IMG/VR virus record: IMGVR_UViG_3300049200_000099
Coordinates: 1-64,000 of that record
Reading direction: 5' to 3' (one strand)
DNA: 64,000 nt
DNA from: a virus
The notes under the pieces were generated by a model. The model had not been told where the DNA came from. It did not search any database and was given only the letters and a program-made list of their open reading frames with translations. Within the stretch, counting starts at the first letter, position 1. Every line of letters starts with the position of its first letter. A program made the position numbers and the translations under genes. Shown here piece after piece: positions 44,926 to 53,354 of this stretch.

Positions 44926-45021
44926 TTGTGGTATGGTTTAATATCCGGTTCGGTCACACGTTCCCTGGAGGGATCTCTGTTAGCCTGGCGTTTCGGATTT
45001 TTGGTTAATGATCTTTATTTT

Positions 45022-45726
45022 TTAAGCTGCTTTTTTCTGCTTTGCGCCCTCAACTACATAAGCAAGGCGGGTTTCGTTTTCCGCCAAATACTGCTTTACC
45101 AATTGCCTTGCTTTATCTACATTTTTTAGTTGAGGTACTAGGTAAACGTGTACGCAAAATATATTAGAGGTTTGACAAACTGTTTGCTTAGTGGGGACAC
45201 CATTTTGCAGAAGCATATTTTTAATAGCCTCAAGTTCTGCTTCCATTATATTTGTAGGACATGGACTATCGGAATACATGCCCGTGTCATTTGCTCCTAC
45301 ACACGCAAACTCTGGTTCATTATATCCCCTCCATCCGTCTGTTTTGCAGTAAGTCGAGGTCATTAGATATAAGTTACCAGCTTTTTTGGTATCAAATTCA
45401 GTGGGCGGGGTCACGCCTTCTATTTTAATCCAGCCTCCATTCCACTCTTGACAATTTAGTATCCACTTGCATTTAGCTTGGTGTAAACGAACCCCGGGTA
45501 ATGCGTTCAATTTATCCTTAGTGGTTTTTGACCCGGGAATTTCCGTGCCATTTCTTGAGTGGGTCACATATCCCCCATTAGAAATATACAAACCGTCTTT
45601 TTTCCATTCAGCAATTAAATTGCCATGGTAATACAGTTTTTTGCCTGTAGACTGGGTTACGCCTTGTGAACCTGCTTGACCTAAAGCGAACTTTTCCGCT
45701 ATTGTTGTTGAACCTTTGAAACTCAT
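45022..45726 (-). CDS. hypothetical protein
   Basis: 234-aa ORF with CCACACCAC 3 nt upstream of the ATG. Confidence 0.45.
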   Translation of the reverse strand: MSFKGSTTIAEKFALGQAGSQGVTQSTGKKLYYHGNLIAEWKKDGLYISNGGYVTHSRNGTEIPGSKTTKDKLNALPGVRLHQAKCKWILNCQEWNGGWIKIEGVTPPTEFDTKKAGNLYLMTSTYCKTDGWRGYNEPEFACVGANDTGMYSDSPCPTNIMEAELEAIKNMLLQNGVPTKQTVCQTSNIFCVHVYLVPQLKNVDKARQLVKQYLAENETRLAYVVEGAKQKKAA

Positions 45727-45781
45727 TTTGTGGTGTGGTTTTGTGCCCGTTCGGGCGGGTTTATAATAAGTGAGTTTATTG

Positions 45782-45997
45782 TTACGGATTTATTTCAGCA
45801 TCTATAAAAAATCGCTCTACTTCCATGTTTGGGAATTCGGCTTTTACAATGTCAATAAATTCATCAATGCCAAAATTCTGTGTTTCGTAATGTTTAACGT
45901 ATTTAGCCCAAAGTTCCTGAATTTCCGGCTCTGTTAAATTGGTAGAAAGTATTCCCATACTTTCACCCTCGTTGTTGTTTAATTGTATGTAATTCAT
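45782..45997 (-). CDS. hypothetical protein
   Basis: 71-aa ORF. Confidence 0.4.
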   Translation of the reverse strand: MNYIQLNNNEGESMGILSTNLTEPEIQELWAKYVKHYETQNFGIDEFIDIVKAEFPNMEVERFFIDAEINP

Positions 45998-46002
45998 GGC
46001 CG

Positions 46003-46188
46003 TTAATCTTTAGGTATTAATCCAAGTGAGCTGAGCGTCATTATAACACCCAGCGCGGCGGTTACATAGGCAATAAACATAAGTACGCCCTTGTTCACTT
46101 TGCGTACATTTGATGAGGTATTACCCTCGTTGGCTTGCATCGTCGCAACCTCGTTACGTACTGATGCGCTGTTAAACTTTGTTGTCAT
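46003..46188 (-). CDS. small protein with C-terminal hydrophobic helix
   Basis: 61-aa ORF (LMFIAYVTAALGVIMTLSSLGLI) with CCACACCA 2 nt upstream of the ATG. Confidence 0.45.
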   Translation of the reverse strand: MTTKFNSASVRNEVATMQANEGNTSSNVRKVNKGVLMFIAYVTAALGVIMTLSSLGLIPKD

Positions 46189-46267
46189 ATTGGTGTGGTT
46201 TTAAATTATTAAAATTGCTCCCTTTAGCCGTTGCGAGCGGCTCACAAGCCTAATTGGTTGCGTAACG

Positions 46268-46297
46268 CTAAAAGGGCGGGTAAACAGATTATTACCC
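46268..46297 (-). terminator. possible terminator after gene 46315..46887
   Basis: In minus sense, GGGTAA-taatctgt-TTACCC is followed by GCCCTTTTAG. The stem is short and AT-containing. Confidence 0.3.
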
Positions 46298-46314
46298 AGC
46301 TTTGTAGAGTGTCA

Positions 46315-46887
46315 CTATACCCTTATTTCTTTCCACGTTACCCGTTTACTGTCTATTGCATCCCTGATAAGCTTTTGCTTATCGTTAAGGACGCTACGAC
46401 CGGTCTTTACCTCAACAAAGATGATTGTAATGGGCTTCTTTTCGGAAGCGCCTGAGAACACAATCAAATCTATTGGGTTACCGATAAAACGGGCATCGCG
46501 GGGATTGAACTCGAAGGACTCAACGAACGGGATAAAATTCTCAACGTACTTGCCTGATAGTATGGCGTTCGAGCGGGTGACCGCATCGTGCCTTATATCG
46601 GCTTCCCATTGCATTTTATAGCGTTCAAAGTCTAGGTCGAACTCCTTTTTAATTGCCGTCTTTATGTGGTCAGTTTCAGCGGCTTGCCATTCAGTGAATA
46701 GCTGGCGTGCTGAGACCTCACGGGCGGTTAACAATCGCTTATTCTCATCACTTAACCTGTAGACCCATATAATGAGGATAAGGATAGCGATGAGCGAAGC
46801 AACGATAAACCAGCCATTCGGCGGGTTAGCCTGCATTATGTAGGCTTTATAGTGTATAAGCATTGTATATTGTTTAGATTGTGGCAT
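46315..46887 (-). CDS. membrane-anchored PD-(D/E)XK endonuclease (archaeal Holliday-junction-resolvase-related family)
   Basis: An N-terminal TM helix and a coiled coil are followed by C-terminal GNPIDLIVF...IIFVEVKTGRSVLNDKQKLIRDAI. Confidence 0.5.
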   Translation of the reverse strand: MPQSKQYTMLIHYKAYIMQANPPNGWFIVASLIAILILIIWVYRLSDENKRLLTAREVSARQLFTEWQAAETDHIKTAIKKEFDLDFERYKMQWEADIRHDAVTRSNAILSGKYVENFIPFVESFEFNPRDARFIGNPIDLIVFSGASEKKPITIIFVEVKTGRSVLNDKQKLIRDAIDSKRVTWKEIRV

Positions 46888-47009
46888 AATTGCCTGTAAG
46901 ACCCCAAACCGCTTAACCGTCTTACCTGTTAGCTTTTTCCGTATTACTGAGCGTTTGTACTCGCCCCGCTTTCATTTGCGCGTCGGTTGTTACATGATGT
47001 CAATGAACC

Positions 47010-47017
47010 CAAAGTTA
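47010..47017 (-). promoter_or_regulatory. candidate -7 box (TAACTTTG on minus strand)
   Basis: TAnnTTTG match about 120 nt upstream of the ATG at 46887. A second match (TATCTTTG) is at 47180-47187. Confidence 0.3.
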
Positions 47018-47869
47018 ACCCTGCCCCGTAAAACCCCTATAATATGAGAACACCCTATCTCCCCTGTGCTGTTTCCTGTGTCAATTATAGCGGGCTACTG
47101 TCTGCCCTTCAATCTGTTAACCTCTCAATGAACGTGGGTGCCTGTTGTCTTTAGTGCTTTAGTACCCGATTTGTTGACACAAAGATACAACGACAAACCT
47201 GCCATGTCAAGTAACTAAAGTTATTGGACACATGACAGAATGGCATGATTTGACTGTAACTGGCTGCTGGTTACTGTGTTATGAGCCTATTTAGAATGGG
47301 TCTAAGTTTGCTTTTTAACATATCAATGAGTATTAATTGGTAGAGTTATTAGTTCGTGGCTCACAAACAAACAAATTAAATACCAGCGAGTTATGAGACC
47401 ATTGACCAGTCTCCAGCACATGTATGATAATTAACATTATGTTAAGTAGGAATCTAACACACTGATACACAGCACACAGTAGTCGGGAGCAAGCGCTTAC
47501 AATGGGCTAATGACTATATGACAGTTAAATTAGGTGCTGTTAGTCGGTTGCTGTCTGGTTTGGGTTCCGATTTGAAAGGGGGGCAGGGGGTAGAAGGTAG
47601 TAGTTAATACCCACCCACACTTATATTGATCCACAACACCTACCGGGGCCCTAATGAACACATCTGATGGACAAGCAGTTACCAAAGTATCCAGAATCCA
47701 GCCACTGCGATCTGCCACCAGGGCTGTACAGTTGCCGTGAGCAGGATAACCAGGTAAAAACCCGGCAGAATAACCTGGTAGCTGTACAATGATCTGCTAA
47801 TAGGCTGGGAAAAAAAATAAAATAGGCCCCTAGGGGGTCTAGGGTAGTGGTACTTTAATGGATAGAGAT

Positions 47870-47883
47870 AAAAATCGATTTTT
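47870..47883. repeat. perfect 14-nt palindrome AAAAATCGATTTTT
   Basis: Self-complementary over all 14 nt, 226 nt upstream of the XRE gene. Candidate operator. Confidence 0.5.
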
Positions 47884-48092
47884 AGCGTGTTAGAATGACC
47901 TAGGAATCGAGAACTATAAACTCATTGCATGGACGCTCATTTAAAGGGTGGATGCGTTGTAGGGCAGATTTTTCATGGCATAAAGTTGGTGGATCGGTCG
48001 TTTGTGGAAAATTTTTCCTGTTCAGGACCAATGTGTTGCTATAAAAAATACACATTCTTCGGGTGAAATGTTGGCAAACATGAGAAATGATG

Positions 48093-48100
48093 TATATTTG
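48093..48100 (+). promoter_or_regulatory. candidate -7 box TATATTTG for the XRE gene
   Basis: TAnnTTTG match whose G lies 9 nt before the ATG at 48109. Confidence 0.4.
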
Positions 48101-48108
48101 TAGCATAA

Positions 48109-48333
48109 ATGGAACGAAACACAGAGCAAGGCACCAAAAATTTGGTAAAGATCATCAGGGATACGCGGAAGGCGAAAAGGTTCACGCAGGAACAAATGGC
48201 CGCCGCCCTTGGGATCAACAGGTCCTCCTACGGCCATGTTGAAACGGGTACCCACAAGTTGTCGGTAGATATGTTATGTAAAGCCTGTGGTGTTTTGGGG
48301 CTAGAAGTTAAAATTGTTAATCCTTTGAATTGA
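48109..48333 (+). CDS. XRE-family helix-turn-helix transcriptional regulator
   Basis: FTQEQMAAALGINRSSYGHVETGTHKLSVDML is the classic XRE HTH pattern. 74 aa. Confidence 0.7.
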   Translation: MERNTEQGTKNLVKIIRDTRKAKRFTQEQMAAALGINRSSYGHVETGTHKLSVDMLCKACGVLGLEVKIVNPLN

Positions 48334-48626
48334 TGCCTGACTGCAAAAAGGTAAAGTTTTACCGGGAACAAGATGCTTTGGACCTTATTGCCAGGTATAA
48401 GCGAACGGCAAAAAAAGTGGAGTTGGAGAGAAGGGTTTATTTTTGTGATCACTGTAGTAACTGGCATATAACATCAAAACCATTGCTGCTACAAAAACAA
48501 ATGGAGAATATGCAGCGGCAGATCGATAACCTGAAAAGAAAACTGGAGCACTATAAAAAAGAGAATGACAGATTAAAAGAAAAACTGACACCAAGGATAT
48601 GGCAAAACGGAAAAATGAAAAGCTGA
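48330..48626 (+). CDS. hypothetical protein (CxxC + coiled coil)
   Basis: 98-aa ORF containing FCDHCSNWH, followed by a heptad-like tail. Confidence 0.45.
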   Translation: MMPDCKKVKFYREQDALDLIARYKRTAKKVELERRVYFCDHCSNWHITSKPLLLQKQMENMQRQIDNLKRKLEHYKKENDRLKEKLTPRIWQNGKMKS

Positions 48627-49159
48627 TCACCAAAAACCTCAACACAACCGCAGCCCTGATTGCGGACTTGAAGGCCAAAACCAACAACCAGGGCTTTATT
48701 GTCCTGGAGATGAATCGCAATGAAAAAGTGGTTCACTATATATGTATCACCGCCGATGGCAAGGTTATCGGACCCAGGGCGAAAAAAGGATCCGTGCGTA
48801 TAATCATAAACGGTATCCGCCCATATATCGAACTGGTCAAAGAGCAGATTGAAAAGAGATTGTTGCGACCTAAATCAAAGCGGGTTCCGGTTTTGTACAG
48901 GAAAGGCACCCTTTTAATAAGTAAATGGGATAAAAAGAATGACGGCGAAACCGATATCGCACAGGTAACCTTTTGTATGAGAGATCATTTTAACACCAAT
49001 AAGATGATTCGGATAAACTCCAGGGGAACAAACGCATGGCCTGTGGAGATCGATGAAGGTGGTATAGAATACAAAGATCCAAGGAAAGAGTTTAACTGGC
49101 GCAGGCTCACGCCAGAAGAAAGGACTAAATACGGGAAATTTATAGATTCAAACTTTTAA
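48599..49159 (+). CDS. hypothetical protein
   Basis: 186-aa ORF. Confidence 0.45.
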   Translation: MAKRKNEKLITKNLNTTAALIADLKAKTNNQGFIVLEMNRNEKVVHYICITADGKVIGPRAKKGSVRIIINGIRPYIELVKEQIEKRLLRPKSKRVPVLYRKGTLLISKWDKKNDGETDIAQVTFCMRDHFNTNKMIRINSRGTNAWPVEIDEGGIEYKDPRKEFNWRRLTPEERTKYGKFIDSNF

Positions 49160-49161
49160 TA

Positions 49162-49587
49162 ATGAAGGCGCCTATACTCATCACCCGCAAAAAACTGACC
49201 GGCTTTGGCCTGGTACTCCACAAGAACGTGATCGCTATCATGGTCGGTCGCTGGAGACTCGGCATACGCCTACCAAAATCCCCAAAGGAATTCGTGCTCA
49301 CGCCAGGCTTTATCGGCAACCAAACCGCCCAATACCGCGACCTCAGCAAAAAGTTAAATGTGGTAACCAGGGACCTGCGGCAGTTTGATCCCATGAAACG
49401 AAAGCAAGATGAGATTACAGATCACATACGCCGGGGCATTGAAAGAGCTATCTGGGGAGACCCGCTTACACGGAAAAGTGATTATCATTTCAAGGTTATA
49501 AATCCGCTGTTTGACGGTGTTATCGATCCGGTAAAAGCAAACAAGGATGAGTTTGAATATTTAGAAAATTTATTTAGTAAAAGATAA
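49162..49587 (+). CDS. hypothetical protein
   Basis: 141-aa ORF. Confidence 0.45.
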   Translation: MKAPILITRKKLTGFGLVLHKNVIAIMVGRWRLGIRLPKSPKEFVLTPGFIGNQTAQYRDLSKKLNVVTRDLRQFDPMKRKQDEITDHIRRGIERAIWGDPLTRKSDYHFKVINPLFDGVIDPVKANKDEFEYLENLFSKR

Positions 49588-49590
49588 TAT

Positions 49591-49689
49591 ATGAAAAACG
49601 AATTTTTATTCTTACTCCTTGAGATAGCTCAGACGTGTATGTTAGGCTTCATCTGCGGATGTCTTTACGGATTATCAAAGAAAAAATGA
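49591..49689 (+). CDS. small hydrophobic peptide (32 aa)
   Basis: MKNEFLFLLLEIAQTCMLGFICGCLYGLSKKK. Its ATG is 3 nt after the upstream TAA, and it has an ATGA overlap with the next gene. Confidence 0.35.
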   Translation: MKNEFLFLLLEIAQTCMLGFICGCLYGLSKKK

Positions 49690-50369
49690 CAAAAGAAGAA
49701 CTAAAAAATATTTTTGTTCGCAATTCCGATTGCTCTTATGAAACCGCCAACGATCCGGAGCCGGCCATGAGTGAGGAGAAATTTATTGAGATTGCGGAAC
49801 TTATGTTATACGGTCAGCAAAAAGACCTTGACGTTGCTAATAGCGTTCTTCAAGAAACTGTTGAACACTACGAGTCTCTCAAAAACAGTTTGATTGATGC
49901 TGTCCACAATCTTTCCTTTATGGAACCGGAACAAAAGAAAAATTTTCAAGGCAGGCTTAACAGCGAAGGTGTAAAAACAGATGCCGAAGCAAGGTATATG
50001 ATAAGGTGTTCCGTTAAAGCCTTGTTTGATAAAGCTGAGAACGAACTCGCTTGGGAAATAAAGCAGAACGCTGCCATTAAACACAATCTATTGAATACCC
50101 CATCATTGATTGTGTTCGACGAAGCTTATAAACTGGAATCCCATCATCAGGAACAAAAGCACGGCAATGAAAACCATGCACCTCCTCACCATTTTGTTTT
50201 AGTGATCACACACCTGCTCGGTAAACTTACCAGGGCTATATGGGATAAGAATAAAGATAAATATGCTCATCATCTAATTACAATAGCTGCTGTATGTTCT
50301 AAAGCTCACGGTAAAATAAATAATAAAAATGCTTTTACTCACGAATTTTTTAATAACATGAAATCATGA
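49686..50369 (+). CDS. hypothetical protein
   Basis: The listed ORF uses GTG at 49635. The ATG at 49686 (MTKEELKN) is coupled to the upstream peptide by ATGA. Confidence 0.45.
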   Translation: MTKEELKNIFVRNSDCSYETANDPEPAMSEEKFIEIAELMLYGQQKDLDVANSVLQETVEHYESLKNSLIDAVHNLSFMEPEQKKNFQGRLNSEGVKTDAEARYMIRCSVKALFDKAENELAWEIKQNAAIKHNLLNTPSLIVFDEAYKLESHHQEQKHGNENHAPPHHFVLVITHLLGKLTRAIWDKNKDKYAHHLITIAAVCSKAHGKINNKNAFTHEFFNNMKS

Positions 50370-50857
50370 GCTACTACTGTAAAGACTGCGGAGGCACATC
50401 CTCCACTTCAACGGTCTGCGAAAATCCAGACTGTCCGCTGATGCCGTGCTGCCAGCGATCAAAGGAAATGTGCACGTGTCACGAAGAAGAAAGTTGGACC
50501 CGGGAGTACGGAAAATGCCTGGAGAGCCCATGGTACTTCTTTACAAAGTATGCCGTTGTAGATGGCAAACCACCCGTTACCCCCTTAAATGAAGAAGCTT
50601 TTAATGCACTGTTTTATAAATATGTGGCTACCGGATACGCACGCATTAAGGCAGAAGAGAAGTTCAAAGGCAAAAGTACGTATGAAAAGGCAAAAGAGTT
50701 GGTGATTGAAAGACAACAGTGTAGCCCAGCGTTCCTGCAAAGACACCTGGGAGTAGGTTACATGGCAGCACGACTTTTAATCGATCAGCTGGCAGATGCT
50801 GGTGTTGTTGGATATTCCAATGGATCAGTTGCAAGAGAAGTTTTAATTAAAAAATAA
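50366..50857 (+). CDS. FtsK-gamma-like winged-helix domain protein
   Basis: The C-terminus CSPAFLQRHLGVGYMAARLLIDQLADAGVVGYSNGSVAREVL matches the FtsK/SpoIIIE gamma-domain pattern. The N-terminus is Cys-rich. Confidence 0.6.
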   Translation: MSYYCKDCGGTSSTSTVCENPDCPLMPCCQRSKEMCTCHEEESWTREYGKCLESPWYFFTKYAVVDGKPPVTPLNEEAFNALFYKYVATGYARIKAEEKFKGKSTYEKAKELVIERQQCSPAFLQRHLGVGYMAARLLIDQLADAGVVGYSNGSVAREVLIKK

Positions 50858-50860
50858 AGT

Positions 50861-51601
50861 ATGAAAACAAAATTATTTAGAATACCAAGGGTAGAGGTTA
50901 TTGAAACCGCCCTGTCTGAACTTGAAAAGCTTGCTCCTGTAGGAGACGATAAGTACCTGGCAACCGTTGTAGTTGCTGACAGTGTGTTTCCGGAATTAAT
51001 TTCAAGGATGATGATGTTTTTCGCAAAAGAAGTGGAGGCTGCTGGAATTTTTGAAAGGGCTTTCCCTGGAGGCGTTGTGCAATTTTGTACGGAGATATTT
51101 TTCAAAAAAGAAAATAGCCTGGTGTGCATTGACTGGGAAAATCTTAACACCATTGATGAAGAAAGGTTCTGCCGACATTTTAAAAGCACTATCGGCAACC
51201 GGTATATTTATAACGTAGAAGATAAGGTAAAGGGTACAGAGATCGAGGTTTCTATAAAGCCTGGTGGTGGTAAGTTGCCATCCCTGAATGATCTTTTACA
51301 TCAACGCCAAAGAACTGATATAGCCTCTCGAATATTAGCCTCTCTTATTTCTTCAAGCCAAACGGTGCCCGGTGGCGTTAGTAAGAAGGAAGCGGCCAGA
51401 AAGGCTGTAGCGTACACCGATGCCCTGTTAAAAGAGTTGTCCCAATCAAAAGAAAATACGGACATATACGATCTCCTGGCAAAGCATTTAGGCCTTCGTG
51501 AAATAACTCCAGGTCACTTTGTTGACGAGAATAATTTTGAATTCAGGCTAACAAAGTATGGATTTAAAAAAATAGAATCCTTTATAGAGCCTTTAAAATA
51601 A
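50861..51601 (+). CDS. hypothetical protein
   Basis: 246-aa ORF. Confidence 0.45.
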   Translation: MKTKLFRIPRVEVIETALSELEKLAPVGDDKYLATVVVADSVFPELISRMMMFFAKEVEAAGIFERAFPGGVVQFCTEIFFKKENSLVCIDWENLNTIDEERFCRHFKSTIGNRYIYNVEDKVKGTEIEVSIKPGGGKLPSLNDLLHQRQRTDIASRILASLISSSQTVPGGVSKKEAARKAVAYTDALLKELSQSKENTDIYDLLAKHLGLREITPGHFVDENNFEFRLTKYGFKKIESFIEPLK

Positions 51602-51610
51602 CAAATAAAT

Positions 51611-51863
51611 ATGGCAAAAGTAGTAGTAAAAAAAGACGAAGAGAATCCGGGAACCAACCGAGATAATTGCAGCGGCGATTATAGAGATCAGCGCTGCAAT
51701 AAAGAAAATGGACGGCGGCAGGTTAAAGCGCCGGGCTATCGAAGTATTAATCCGCGATCAAACAGGACTGCCTTTTAGTACCATTGACAGGGTGTTAAAT
51801 GCCGTCGGCAACCTTGAAAAAGATTATGTTAAGTTTGTTATACCAAAAGACAAGAAAAAATAA
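51611..51863 (+). pseudogene. 83-codon gene interrupted by a +1 frameshift at an A7 run (recoding, or a homopolymer error)
   Basis: The ATG at 51611 opens frame 1, which stops at 51776. The +1 frame is protein-like from the A-run (51628-51634) to TAA at 51863. The minimal in-frame CDS is 51708..51863. Confidence 0.45.
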
Positions 51864-51865
51864 TT

Positions 51866-52351
51866 ATGATACCATTACACATGAGAGGGATACCTGTATT
51901 CCCTAAAATACATACAGAAATTTACGAGGAACGACGCAGTGAAACGATTACTGTCACCGTTAGTTGTTTGGCTAGAGTAAAACATACTGATGGGAAGTAT
52001 TGGCTTACCCTTTGCGAACGTTCAAAAAGAATCGGTAAAATAGAAGCGATGGAAATAGGAAATGGAAAAATGACGCCTTCCATTGAGGTAATAGAAAAAA
52101 TGCGAGGCGAAGTGACTGATATTGTAATTATGGATGCCTATATTTTATCTCGATTCGGAAAGGCAGACACCATGTTCAGGTACACCCCTGTGACTGGTGC
52201 CTCTCCAGAGTATCTTTTTCAACTTGATCCAGATCAAAGATCAGAAAGAAAAAGATGTGGACAGTGTAAAGATGATGATTGTCCTGATGAGATAGAAATT
52301 AAAAAAAGCAGGTTTAATATGAGTTTTATTTACAAATTATTTACTAAATGA
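51866..52351 (+). CDS. hypothetical protein
   Basis: 161-aa ORF. Confidence 0.45.
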   Translation: MIPLHMRGIPVFPKIHTEIYEERRSETITVTVSCLARVKHTDGKYWLTLCERSKRIGKIEAMEIGNGKMTPSIEVIEKMRGEVTDIVIMDAYILSRFGKADTMFRYTPVTGASPEYLFQLDPDQRSERKRCGQCKDDDCPDEIEIKKSRFNMSFIYKLFTK

Positions 52352-52641
52352 TAGTCTATCCATCAATAACAATTCTTTCTTTAGTAGGAATAACCTCTGC
52401 TTTGGATGATGTGTGCGTTGAGTGTTATACTAACAGTGAAAACGAATATTCCTTTCAATTTGTAATACCCAATAGAGATATTTGGTTTAATTTTTTTATT
52501 GAAATTGAAAGACACAGAATCTCGCCGATGATAAGTAATAAAAGAGTAATCAAGTGGGAAGAAAAAGAGGTTTTTGTAAAATTTGACAAACATGAAATAC
52601 GAGTAATAATGCAAGATTTGTTACAACGAACCCCCTCATGA
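52348..52641 (+). CDS. hypothetical protein
   Basis: 97-aa ORF with a 4-nt overlap. Confidence 0.4.
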   Translation: MIVYPSITILSLVGITSALDDVCVECYTNSENEYSFQFVIPNRDIWFNFFIEIERHRISPMISNKRVIKWEEKEVFVKFDKHEIRVIMQDLLQRTPS

Positions 52642-53009
52642 ACATTTTTGCTAAAAAATTAATGCAACAGAGCATGCTAATAGGTCACAATAATGAATTC
52701 GGTTACATTGCTACAGCGATGAATGAAAATGAACAAGAGCGATATCCAATCGTGAATGTGAGATTATCTTATGATGATGCTAAAGAAGATTATGGCAAGC
52801 GCACATACTTCCTGGAGTTTCAGGTTATAGCCCCGCAAGGGAAAGATGATCCAGATCGCATTAAATACTATCAGCAGGAACTTATGAAGCATATTGCGGA
52901 GATGACAAACATCGATCTGCCATGGAAGTTTGATGGCGTACTTTATAAATTCTCGACCAATGAACTTATACCTGGCAGAAAATATTCACTATTACCACTT
53001 GTGCAATGA
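52638..53009 (+). CDS. hypothetical protein
   Basis: 123-aa ORF with a 4-nt overlap. Confidence 0.45.
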   Translation: MNIFAKKLMQQSMLIGHNNEFGYIATAMNENEQERYPIVNVRLSYDDAKEDYGKRTYFLEFQVIAPQGKDDPDRIKYYQQELMKHIAEMTNIDLPWKFDGVLYKFSTNELIPGRKYSLLPLVQ

Positions 53010-53332
53010 TCACAATACATTTAATAAACGGAGATATAGTTGAATTGCCATCAGCAACAAATCAGTCTACCAGCAATTCCGGAAATACAACCTATTATGA
53101 CAAGGATAAGGTGTGGGTGGGAACGCTTACCCGTAACGGCTCTTTTATTGATCCGCATAACGCAAAACATCCAAACCGCTATATCAGGAACAAAGGCAAC
53201 ACTTTGGAGGATATGATCTCCAGGATCGGCAACCGGGATAATTTCACCTGGCAGGAAAACGAAGCGATGATGAAGCTTAAAAAGCTGCTCACCTTTGTGT
53301 ATTTGCCAAAATCAGGCAAGTATAAGTTGTAA
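53006..53332 (+). CDS. hypothetical protein
   Basis: 108-aa ORF with a 4-nt overlap. Confidence 0.45.
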   Translation: MITIHLINGDIVELPSATNQSTSNSGNTTYYDKDKVWVGTLTRNGSFIDPHNAKHPNRYIRNKGNTLEDMISRIGNRDNFTWQENEAMMKLKKLLTFVYLPKSGKYKL

Positions 53333-53342
53333 AATAAATTTT

Positions 53343-53350
53343 TATCTTTG
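53343..53350 (+). promoter_or_regulatory. candidate -7 box TATCTTTG
   Basis: TAnnTTTG match whose G lies 5 nt before the GTG at 53355. The same 8-mer recurs at 54244-54251. Confidence 0.35.
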
Positions 53351-53354
53351 AAAT

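Larger units (their letters stand above)
46888..48108. other. 1.2-kb ORF-free divergent control region
   Basis: It lies between divergent start codons 46887 (-) and 48109 (+). It contains only short, implausible ORFs, several TAnnTTTG matches on both strands, and palindromes. Confidence 0.6.

Noticed and set aside
47530-48255. Short ORFs 47530..47718, 47900..48106 and 48022..48255 in the divergent control region
   Set aside because: They have no start context or coupling and implausible composition, and the last overlaps the XRE gene antisense. The region is treated as non-coding.
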